Positions 36,100-43,106 of a stretch of DNA of 64,000 nt are shown here, piece by piece (within the stretch, counting starts at the first letter, position 1; each line of letters opens with the position of its first letter). The stretch lies in the IMG/VR virus record IMGVR_UViG_3300037467_000966; one strand, 5' to 3'. Origin of the DNA: a virus (taxonomy: Duplodnaviria; Heunggongvirae; Uroviricota; Caudoviricetes). A program made the position numbers and the translations under genes. The notes under the pieces are model-generated. The model saw nothing but the letters and a program-made list of their open reading frames with translations, did no database searches and was not told the origin of the DNA.

Positions 36100-36683
36100 C
36101 CAAAATCAACTCCTTTTAAAGCCTCGACAATCTCAGCGTGAACATCTTCAATGGATTGCATACCATTTATTTTAACATTCTTACGCTGAAGGAAAAGCTC
36201 ACGAACCTTAGAAAGCAATTCGAAGTCACGCTCGTAACGGTCATTCTCTCCGTTGTTGTGCTTCCCTTTACGGCGCATACTTTCTTCGGCAGTGACATCA
36301 ATGAATAATTCCAAATCAGGTTTACGCATATACTGCTGAAGCATTGCTGCCCATGTAGGAGCTACTCCATTTGCATATGAATAAACCTGCTGGCTTCCCA
36401 CGTATCGGTCTAATACAAGGATGTCAACGCCCTCTTCTTCCAGTTCATCAAACCATTTTTGCTGAGCTTGCTTATCAGCTGCCATAATCAATTCAATGGT
36501 GTGCTGGTCTACATCATATCGACCAGTCAACCACTTCATGATAAGCTCACCAGTTGGCGTATCATATCTATGAAACTCTGACCTTACTACATATAGTCCT
36601 TGAGTTGTAAGATACTCCTGTAGGAATTTAACAGCTGTGTGTTTTCCTGATTTGTCTAAGCCTTCTACTGCAATAATCTTCAT
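36081..36683 (-). CDS. tmk: Thymidylate kinase
   Basis: IAVEGLDKSGKHT, LDRYVGS...Y, KPDL..FIDV; ATG 36683. Confidence 0.92.
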   Translation of the reverse strand: MKIIAVEGLDKSGKHTAVKFLQEYLTTQGLYVVRSEFHRYDTPTGELIMKWLTGRYDVDQHTIELIMAADKQAQQKWFDELEEEGVDILVLDRYVGSQQVYSYANGVAPTWAAMLQQYMRKPDLELFIDVTAEESMRRKGKHNNGENDRYERDFELLSKVRELFLQRKNVKINGMQSIEDVHAEIVEALKGVDFGWLLRK

Positions 36684-36754
36684 GCCAACCTCTCCCATGC
36701 ACAATATATATGTCCCATTGTAGCATAAAAGATTGGGGGATGGGGGACTAATTT

Positions 36755-37027
36755 TTAGCGGTCATTAATGTCAAACCAGTCACGAGTAGCTGCAGACTGA
36801 GTGATGCTTCGCTTCGTTGGTACTTGTTTACGTCTTAGGTCTACCTTGAATCCAGTAAGCTTCTGACCAGTAACCATTCCGCTTTCTCTTGGGTCACGAG
36901 AATATTCTTTCTCATATTCTGGCGTAACCTTTGTGACATCGTATCCTTCTTTAGAAGCATTCTCCTGAATCATCGCTTCGATTTCTTTCAGGCTAATGTT
37001 AGCTGTGATACTCTCAGTTATCTTCAT
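36755..37027 (-). CDS. Hypothetical protein
   Basis: ATG 37027 after GGAGGG. Confidence 0.6.
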   Translation of the reverse strand: MKITESITANISLKEIEAMIQENASKEGYDVTKVTPEYEKEYSRDPRESGMVTGQKLTGFKVDLRRKQVPTKRSITQSAATRDWFDINDR

Positions 37028-37047
37028 AAAATCCCTCCTAAAAAAAT

Positions 37048-37072
37048 AAAAGACCATACAGTTAGTATGGCC
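37048..37072 (-). terminator. Intrinsic terminator directly upstream of an RBS
   Basis: GGCCATAC-TAACT-GTATGGTC then TTTTATTTTTT. Confidence 0.7.
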
Positions 37073-37079
37073 CTCTCTC

Positions 37080-37328
37080 CTACTTTGCAGTAAACTCTTT
37101 TAGCTTCTCTTTGAAGCCAGCGTTTCTTTCTTTATCTTTTACTGCTTTCTCTTTAAGTTGTTGTAGTTCTTCAATCGCTGTATCTAAGCCTGCAATCGTC
37201 ACATCAAGTTTCGATTGTGCTTCGTCAATTTTCTTTTCAGCCTCAGTAAACATACTGATTGATGAATCAAATAACTTTCCAGCTTCTTGAATTACAGATT
37301 GATGTCCCTTGTTTTTTCCCAATCCCAT
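37080..37328 (-). CDS. Coiled-coil hypothetical protein
   Basis: GGGGGA RBS; heptad pattern. Confidence 0.65.
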   Translation of the reverse strand: MGLGKNKGHQSVIQEAGKLFDSSISMFTEAEKKIDEAQSKLDVTIAGLDTAIEELQQLKEKAVKDKERNAGFKEKLKEFTAK

Positions 37329-37344
37329 TTCAAATCCCCCAATT

Positions 37345-37520
37345 TGATATGTTGTTTGGCGACAGGTACTACTTAGCTCTCTCTCCGTGTAGCTAAAAAT
37401 ATGTTGTCAGCTTCTTGTCGCCGCTGACTGTCTATGTTTGATGGCCCACCACTTGCTCTTTACGGAAGCAAGAAACCGTATCTGTTTAGTCTAAGGTTTA
37501 GACTTTGCAGAGGTCTGCAA
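37345..37520 (-). ncRNA. Candidate structured RNA (several hairpins, two possible pseudoknots) downstream of tRNA-Asp
   Basis: At least five helices found by eye; no ORF; family unknown. Confidence 0.4.
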
Positions 37521-37594
37521 CGAGAACAAAGGGACTCGAACCCTCGGCCTCCACCGTGACAGGGTGGCGCTCTAACCAACTGAGCTATGCTCCC
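37521..37594 (-). tRNA. tRNA-Asp(GTC), CCA not encoded
   Basis: Cloverleaf; anticodon arm CCACC-CTGTCAC-GGTGG; T loop TTCGAGT. Confidence 0.95.
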
Positions 37595-37595
37595 A

Positions 37596-37671
37596 TGGTG
37601 CTGGCTGCAGGAATTGAACCCGCGACCTACTGATTACAAGTCAGTCGCTCTACCTACTGAGCTAAGCCAGC
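37596..37671 (-). tRNA. tRNA-Thr(TGT), CCA encoded
   Basis: Anticodon arm ACTGA-CTTGTAA-TCAGT; 3' ACCA. Confidence 0.97.
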
Positions 37672-37674
37672 GTA

Positions 37675-37734
37675 TGATGCAGGCAGGTGGACTTGAACCA
37701 CCGCCGTTCTAGAATAGCCGTACCATGTACCTGC
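37675..37734 (-). ncRNA. 60-nt tRNA-like element: acceptor stem and T arm, no D stem or anticodon arm
   Basis: GCAGGTA/TGCCTGC acceptor, GGTGG-TTCAAGT-CCACC T arm, 3' A-TCA; only 25 nt between acceptor and T arm. Confidence 0.7.
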
Positions 37735-37737
37735 ATA

Positions 37738-37811
37738 TCGGGAAGACAGGATTCGAACCTGCGACCCCTTGGTCCCAAACCAAGTGCTCTACCAAGCTGA
37801 GCTACTTCCCG
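37738..37811 (-). tRNA. tRNA-Pro(TGG), CCA not encoded
   Basis: CGGGAAG/CTTCCCG acceptor; CTTGG-TTTGGGA-CCAAG anticodon arm. Confidence 0.97.
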
Positions 37812-37812
37812 T

Positions 37813-37833
37813 AAAACGAGGGCCGAAGCCCTC
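37813..37833 (-). terminator. UUCG hairpin just upstream of tRNA-Pro
   Basis: GAGGGC-TTCG-GCCCTC-GTTTT. Confidence 0.55.
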
Positions 37834-37857
37834 TTACCGCATAGGTTATGACAAAAA

Positions 37858-38001
37858 TTAAGGCTTAGTTGGAGCCTTGATAGCAGGTCCTTTAGCTGGT
37901 GCTTTAGGAGCAAGCTTAGGAGCAAGGTTAAGTGGCTTCATTGAACCGCCTTTTTTCTGTGGTTGTAAAGGTACTCCACCATTGTACTGGATGTTTGCCA
38001 T
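37858..38001 (-). CDS. 47-aa Lys/Pro/Ala-rich peptide (not in ORF track)
   Basis: GGAGGAG RBS; MANIQYNGGVPLQPQKKGGSMKPLNLAPKLAPKAPAKGPAIKAPTKP. Confidence 0.6.
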   Translation of the reverse strand: MANIQYNGGVPLQPQKKGGSMKPLNLAPKLAPKAPAKGPAIKAPTKP

Positions 38002-38019
38002 GCGAATCTCCTCCTGTTA

Positions 38020-38499
38020 TTAGTCTTCTTCCCGTTCTAGAGGAACGGTCTCTTTGCCGTCTTGGACTAGCTTTTGACTAATCCAAGCTGGGAATGTGAT
38101 GTTATGTATACCGTTAGCAGAACCATCGGTCATGCCGCCTGTATGATGCTCTTGGCAAAGCACCATCATATTACGGATATCGTCAACGCTAGTAAGAGGT
38201 TTGTTTCTTAATAGTTTTCCGTATCCATATACATCCCATTCTTCCACGAAGTCTTTCAACTTCTGCATGTCTAGGACATTTTCTAATGACCATTCACCGC
38301 CGTAGTGATGAACCTGTAGCTCGTCAGTTGAACCACATACATAGCAATGATAGTGACCATCTTCTCGAAGTCTTTTCTTAGACTCTCTGAACATAGAACT
38401 TTCTTTGCGTTGAACGTGCTCTGGCGTATGAACGATTTCAGTTAGGTGTCTGACTTGGTCATGAGCACCTACCATCTTCTTCTGTTCCATAGCAGTCAC
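38020..38499 (-). CDS. HNH-family nuclease-like protein
   Basis: CYVCG...LQVHH...NMMVLCQEHH...GIH. Confidence 0.75.
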   Translation of the reverse strand: MTAMEQKKMVGAHDQVRHLTEIVHTPEHVQRKESSMFRESKKRLREDGHYHCYVCGSTDELQVHHYGGEWSLENVLDMQKLKDFVEEWDVYGYGKLLRNKPLTSVDDIRNMMVLCQEHHTGGMTDGSANGIHNITFPAWISQKLVQDGKETVPLEREED

Positions 38500-38559
38500 A
38501 TCCTATAGCAGTATGCCATAAACGTAACCTGTTACTATGAAACTATCAAGTATTATTTA

Positions 38560-38631
38560 CTGCTCTGGCAGGATTCGAACCTGCGACCTGCGGATTAACA
38601 GTCCGTCGCGCTACCACTACGCCACAGAGCA
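38560..38631 (-). tRNA. tRNA-Asn(GTT), CCA not encoded
   Basis: TGCTCTG/CAGAGCA acceptor; loop CTGTTAA; GCAGG-TTCGAAT-CCTGC T arm. Confidence 0.95.
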
Positions 38632-38778
38632 AAGGTGATATAGGGAACCTAGGTTAACCAAACAAGAAAGGCGCTGTACCAAAAACCTCTGCGGGAGGGA
38701 AAAATGTACAGCTATCACGAAAAGGAGATAATCAATATGAAAGGAGTGTTATATGCAATTACTAGGTTCCCCTTCACA
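38632..38778 (-). ncRNA. Candidate sRNA / tRNA leader with several anti-SD motifs
   Basis: Closing stem 38643-38652 with 38762-38771; inner stem 38673-38679 with 38706-38712; CACTCCTTTC, TCTCCTTTTC, CCCTCCC and GCCTTTC motifs; promoter upstream. Confidence 0.5.
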
Positions 38779-38784
38779 CTATCT

Positions 38785-38814
38785 ATACAAACCATTTTTT
38801 GAGTGTTCTGTCAA
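38785..38814 (-). promoter_or_regulatory. Sigma-A-like promoter for tRNA-Asn leader/cluster
   Basis: TTGACA-18-TTGTAT; spacer resembles promoter at 8321. Confidence 0.55.
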
Positions 38815-38839
38815 CAGGTTTAATTAAAATTTCCTATTT

Positions 38840-39082
38840 TTATTTATTCATTATTTCTATTGTCATGTTATGCATGGGTAGTTCTTCTACATGAACGCTA
38901 CGCTCTTTTACTTCCCCACCTGCAACAAAAACATAACGAAGAAGTTCACCTTCATTCTTTTTGACAATGGCATAGATAGCATCCCAACCCCTGTGTTTTT
39001 CCCAAAACGAAATCTTAATAGGAGTACCTGACCTAATCAATCCGTTAAACTGCTTTACTGTTACCTCCCTGACTATGTCCAT
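38840..39082 (-). CDS. Hypothetical protein
   Basis: GAGGAG RBS. Confidence 0.6.
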   Translation of the reverse strand: MDIVREVTVKQFNGLIRSGTPIKISFWEKHRGWDAIYAIVKKNEGELLRYVFVAGGEVKERSVHVEELPMHNMTIEIMNK

Positions 39083-39197
39083 GCTCTTCCAACTCCTCTA
39101 TTTGTATTGCTAGTTTGTCAATTAACTCTTCGAGCTTAGCAGCAACCTTAACCATCTGCTCTCTCTTCATCTTTAGCTTGAGTACCTCGGCTCCCAT
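39045..39197 (-). CDS. 50-aa coiled-coil peptide (not in ORF track)
   Basis: GGGGG RBS; heptad-like. Confidence 0.45.
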   Translation of the reverse strand: MGAEVLKLKMKREQMVKVAAKLEELIDKLAIQIEELEEHGHSQGGNSKAV

Positions 39198-39217
39198 TTT
39201 ATTTTCCCCCTAAAATG

Positions 39218-39241
39218 AAAAAAGCCACCCCGAAGGATGGC
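39218..39241 (-). terminator. Intrinsic terminator
   Basis: GCCATCC-TTCG-GGGTGGC then T6. Confidence 0.8.
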
Positions 39242-39285
39242 CTTTAAATCCGAACTTTATAAATTAATCAGGAGTTGGTTGGTAT
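39218..39285 (-). ncRNA. Candidate ~68-nt sRNA with 5' anti-SD seed
   Basis: Lies between consensus promoter 39292-39320 and terminator 39218-39241; 5' region CCAACCAACTCCT; no ORF. Confidence 0.55.
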
Positions 39286-39320
39286 ACTTGAAGTATAACC
39301 GATGCATCGCTGTCTGTCAA
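39283..39320 (-). promoter_or_regulatory. Near-consensus sigma-A promoter with palindrome over -10/+1
   Basis: TTGACA-17-TATACT; TATACT-TGA-AGTATA inverted repeat at 39283-39297. Confidence 0.8.
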
Positions 39321-39329
39321 CTTCCTATA

Positions 39330-40037
39330 TTAATTTACAATTGTAATCTCAATTGTTCTTCGTCCCCATTGTAATGCATCATGGGTACTAGGAAAGTGGA
39401 CATCAATTTCATGTCCGTTAATGCCGCCGCCAGTATCGGCAGCAACTGCATAGCCATAGCCTGGTACATAAACTTTCGTACCTAGGGGAATAACATTAGG
39501 GTCTACCGCAATAACCTTAGCGTGCGGATTCGCGGCTAGATTATATCCTGTAGCTGTAATACCTGTACATCCCTCGCTGCATGTAGCTATGTATCCTGTC
39601 GCTTCAACAGTCACCTTACGTCCCTGTGGTGATTTTGTTGAAGGAAGGGTACTAGCGGCAATCGCCTTCCCTTCATTGGCTTTCTTAAAAGCCAGCTCCT
39701 TCTCCAAATCTTTAATCTTAGCTTGAAGAGTTTCCCTCTCGGTTTCAAAACTCTCCGTTGCTTTTTGATTATCAGCTTTCTGTTTACCGAGCTGTTCACT
39801 TAATTTATTCACTTGGTCATTAAGTTGTTTGAGTTCCCTTTTCTGATTCACCAATGTATCTTTCTGTTGGTCTATCAGACTCCCTTGCTCGTTCAGCTTT
39901 TGCTGATACTCGTGAATAAGTTTATCCTGCTTTTGTACGGTATAACCTTCATACCCTACGCCAGCTACCAGTAGCGCCCCAATGCCTGCTGCGATAACCT
40001 TATTCCGTATACGTCTGGGGTTGTCTTTATGGCCCAT
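39330..40037 (-). CDS. Membrane-anchored coiled-coil plus 3D-domain (YocH/MltA-like) cell-wall protein
   Basis: TM helix, long coiled coil, VEATGY, IAVDPNVIPLGT, AADTGG.I.G..IDV. Confidence 0.9.
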   Translation of the reverse strand: MGHKDNPRRIRNKVIAAGIGALLVAGVGYEGYTVQKQDKLIHEYQQKLNEQGSLIDQQKDTLVNQKRELKQLNDQVNKLSEQLGKQKADNQKATESFETERETLQAKIKDLEKELAFKKANEGKAIAASTLPSTKSPQGRKVTVEATGYIATCSEGCTGITATGYNLAANPHAKVIAVDPNVIPLGTKVYVPGYGYAVAADTGGGINGHEIDVHFPSTHDALQWGRRTIEITIVN

Positions 40038-40168
40038 GTCATCATCCTTTCTATAGATAGGTTGACAGCGATACAATAGTATAACCTATTGTTGGTAATA
40101 TTGGAACCCTAAGGTTCCCATTCAATGCTGTCGGCCTCAGGTTGGGAAAGGGATGCCCACACTTCCCT

Positions 40169-40855
40169 TCAGCCTAATACATCTTTGAATCCATTGTCTC
40201 TATACTCTTTTACTTTCTTTAATCCATTGAACACATCCCACTTCGCACGGTTCTGCTTCTCGCTGCCGTCTGCTAGGTAAAGAAGATAAGCTGGATGGAA
40301 GACAGCAAGTGCTCTCCGTCCGCCTACCTCAAACCAACTGCCGTGTTCTTGTGTTACTTTGAAGTCAGGATGAATCAATGTATTCGCTGCGGTGCCGCCT
40401 AAACAAACAATCACCTTAGGATTCACGTAATCAATCTCTGCTTTTAGATGTCTAAAGCAGGCTCTTACTTCTGATACCAACGGATTTCTATTGTCAGGTG
40501 TACGACACTTACATACATTCGTAAAGTAATACTGGCTTCTGTCAATGCCCACTGCCTCTAATGCTTTGTTCATTAATTGTCCTGATGGGCCAGTGAATGG
40601 AATACCTGTATGAGTCTCCACCTCTGCTGGCGCTTCACCGACAAACATGATGTCAGCGTTCATTGGGCCGACGCCAGGAACTTTATTTGCACAACCCTCT
40701 GCAAGAGGACAGTCTGTGCAAGCCTGCAAGTCTACCCGCATGGATGCTTCTGTTTCTGCACGATTGATTTCAACCTCGATTGCAGTCCTTGCTTCGCCAG
40801 TAACCTTACCCAATACCCTATCCTTTAACCTTCTGACGACTTCTAATTCATTCAC
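40169..40855 (-). CDS. Uracil-DNA glycosylase family 4 (SPO1 polymerase N-terminal-like)
   Basis: CTDC.L, FVGEAP, PFTGPSG, TNVCKCR..DNRNP, C...L..EI, FHPAYLL. Confidence 0.9.
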   Translation of the reverse strand: MNELEVVRRLKDRVLGKVTGEARTAIEVEINRAETEASMRVDLQACTDCPLAEGCANKVPGVGPMNADIMFVGEAPAEVETHTGIPFTGPSGQLMNKALEAVGIDRSQYYFTNVCKCRTPDNRNPLVSEVRACFRHLKAEIDYVNPKVIVCLGGTAANTLIHPDFKVTQEHGSWFEVGGRRALAVFHPAYLLYLADGSEKQNRAKWDVFNGLKKVKEYRDNGFKDVLG

Positions 40856-40866
40856 AGTATTACCTC

Positions 40867-41127
40867 CTAATATTCATTATCCAAGAAGCCTATTGCTTCT
40901 GCATTCGTGTCAGGCATTTCAATCTCGATAGAGAATACATGAACATCATCTGAGACAACATAGAATGTTCCGCTCTCATAGTTAAGTATCTGAATCAATG
41001 TAAAATCTACATCTGTCACGCCAGGATAATAAAATCTTTTAAACTCTGGAACCTGGGACACATCAATAACGATGTGCTGCCCCACCTCCAAAGGTCTGTT
41101 GATTGATGCTTTAGGAAAGATACTCAT
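40867..41127 (-). CDS. Hypothetical protein
   Basis: ORF track, co-directional. Confidence 0.6.
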   Translation of the reverse strand: MSIFPKASINRPLEVGQHIVIDVSQVPEFKRFYYPGVTDVDFTLIQILNYESGTFYVVSDDVHVFSIEIEMPDTNAEAIGFLDNEY

Positions 41128-41438
41128 CTAGATATTCCTATCTTACCCTCAGGGTATTCCTTAAACTTCTCAATCAGGTCTGCCAGCCACGGCACCGCTT
41201 GCTCGTATGTTCCCCATCCATTGGATGCGCTGAACTTTTTAAATCTTTCTGGCTCATTTACCATAAGAACAAGGCCATTCTCTAGCTCAGGAAGGACATC
41301 CATTGCCCTCTTTCCTTCTGACCTGTAGAGCGCATCATAGATACCTGCCTCTACCCACATCTTGCCTAGATTGTGTGTAATGTTTCTACTTACTACTTCA
41401 TGTTCTACTACTGCTGTTAGCCATATATCTAGGCTCAT
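41124..41438 (-). CDS. Conserved phage hypothetical protein
   Basis: MSLDIWL...NITHNL..MW.EAG...SNGWGTYE; ATG 41438. Confidence 0.65.
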   Translation of the reverse strand: MSLDIWLTAVVEHEVVSRNITHNLGKMWVEAGIYDALYRSEGKRAMDVLPELENGLVLMVNEPERFKKFSASNGWGTYEQAVPWLADLIEKFKEYPEGKIGISR

Positions 41439-41617
41439 TTCTTTTCGCCTCCTAAATAAATTATCTCTGCTCCTGACTCTTTCATCATTTGCACCCACTT
41501 CTTGTTCTGTTCTTCCGCCCACATATCAAGCAGGTTTCTTATTGCTTTCTGTGAGTCCCAAATCATCCATCCCATAATCAAGATAATAATAAACTGAATT
41601 ACGATAACCCAAATCAT
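41435..41617 (-). CDS. Single-TM membrane protein
   Basis: N-terminal hydrophobic helix. Confidence 0.6.
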   Translation of the reverse strand: MIWVIVIQFIIILIMGWMIWDSQKAIRNLLDMWAEEQNKKWVQMMKESGAEIIYLGGEKK

Positions 41618-42831
41618 TTCTTTTCTCCTATCAAAGTTTCGATTGGGATATGCAGCTGGTGTGCTACCTGAGCAACGAACACATCTCGTTCGTCACCCTC
41701 TGGAATTTCCATGATGACTGGCTTCACTACCTTAATAGTACTTAAGACAAGCTCATTCATCTTGCTAATATGAGTAAGCATAATCTTTTGGATTTCAAAT
41801 TGGGATGCAAGCACCGCGTTCTCTTCAATCCATTCACAAGCATCACGCTTTTCTTTCAGCATTTCCATGAAGACATCATCAGGGTCTTTGTCACGGACAT
41901 TCAATATCTTAACCAGCAAGCCTTCTTTCTGTAGAGCTTTCGCATGGCGGCTGGTAGCTTCTATCCCTGCTGGGTCGCCGTCCATCCAAAGAATCACTAC
42001 ATCTGTATGGCGCTTGAGTAATCTGATGTGATTATCTGTTAAGCTTGTACCCATCATACTGACAAATGGAACACCTGCTTTCTGTCCCATGATAGTATCT
42101 CCAAAGCCTTCGCCAACTACCGCATATCCTTTTTCTCTTATACGTTTCTTTACAAAGTTCAGACCATAAAGAATGGAGCCTTTATCAAAGATGGCACTCT
42201 TTGCAGAGTTCACATACTTAGGCCCCGTTAATTCTTTCTTATGAAATTCTTTTGTCATATCCCTATGAGAGAATCCAACCGTCTGTCCACCCTCATTCAT
42301 GAGAGCGAAGGTTAGCTTTCCTTTATGAAAGTGTCTGGCTTCTTCTGGGATATAACCAATGCGCCACTGGTCTATCTCTGCTTTACCTATGCCTCTTGCT
42401 TTCAGATACTTCAGCGCCCGTGGTTCCTTCTGAAGGTCTTCCCACATGCGTCTATTCATATCTGTCATCAGTTGAATCTGTTCCTGCTTTTTCTTTTCCT
42501 CTGGTGACAACTGCGCCTTCGGGATTGAGATTCCCTTTAAGGCACATATCTTTGTCACTGCTTCCATGAAGCTACAATTATCTACCCACATGACAAAGGA
42601 GATAACGTCTGCGCCCTCTGTCTTCGGTCTCTTGCCTGCTCCACATCCAAAGCAATAGAAGGTATTGGTCTGGGTAAAGAACGTCAAGGACGGGCTGTTA
42701 TCTCCCTTGTGAATGCAATTGGTTTGATAGATATTCCCCATGTTGTTGAGGTCAAAATAGTTCTCCGCTATCTCCTCAATCGGGATGTCACGGACTTGCT
42801 TCAAGAAGTCATCTGGTAGTTGCTTCGCCAT
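41614..42831 (-). CDS. dnaG: DnaG-type DNA primase
   Basis: Zn finger C.H..D.SPS...FYCFGCG; KYVNS; TOPRIM EGFGD, MDGDPAG, KDPDD. Confidence 0.93.
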   Translation of the reverse strand: MAKQLPDDFLKQVRDIPIEEIAENYFDLNNMGNIYQTNCIHKGDNSPSLTFFTQTNTFYCFGCGAGKRPKTEGADVISFVMWVDNCSFMEAVTKICALKGISIPKAQLSPEEKKKQEQIQLMTDMNRRMWEDLQKEPRALKYLKARGIGKAEIDQWRIGYIPEEARHFHKGKLTFALMNEGGQTVGFSHRDMTKEFHKKELTGPKYVNSAKSAIFDKGSILYGLNFVKKRIREKGYAVVGEGFGDTIMGQKAGVPFVSMMGTSLTDNHIRLLKRHTDVVILWMDGDPAGIEATSRHAKALQKEGLLVKILNVRDKDPDDVFMEMLKEKRDACEWIEENAVLASQFEIQKIMLTHISKMNELVLSTIKVVKPVIMEIPEGDERDVFVAQVAHQLHIPIETLIGEKK

Positions 42832-43105
42832 GATGTTTGTCTCCTTCTATGAAAGTCTTAATAAAATTCTCGATGTATGTTGCTCTAGCTTTTACTTCTT
42901 CATCCCAACCTAAATCGTCAAACAAGTCACGAGTACTGGTCTCTCTGAGTCTCCCGCTCTCCGTATTAAGGATTTGATAGATTAGGTAGTCTGAAGGAAT
43001 CGGCTTCTTTGTTGCAAGGTCATTCAAGTCAGTAAAGCTAGCTTTCAGGTCATTCATTCCTCCTTTCGGATAATAATTATCAAAAGCAAATACCATGTAA
43101 GCCAT
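42809..43105 (-). CDS. Hypothetical protein
   Basis: FAFDNYYP.GGM.D motif. Confidence 0.6.
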   Translation of the reverse strand: MAYMVFAFDNYYPKGGMNDLKASFTDLNDLATKKPIPSDYLIYQILNTESGRLRETSTRDLFDDLGWDEEVKARATYIENFIKTFIEGDKHHGEATTR

Positions 43106-43106
43106 G

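Noticed and set aside
37700-37716. Amber-suppressor (CTA) anticodon in the tRNA-like element
   Set aside because: No anticodon stem flanks it, and TAG is used as a normal stop followed by RBSs elsewhere (e.g. 13980, 11330); no sign of recoding.
40062-40086. + strand promoter TTGACA...TATAAC
   Set aside because: Spacer is 12 nt, incompatible with sigma-A.
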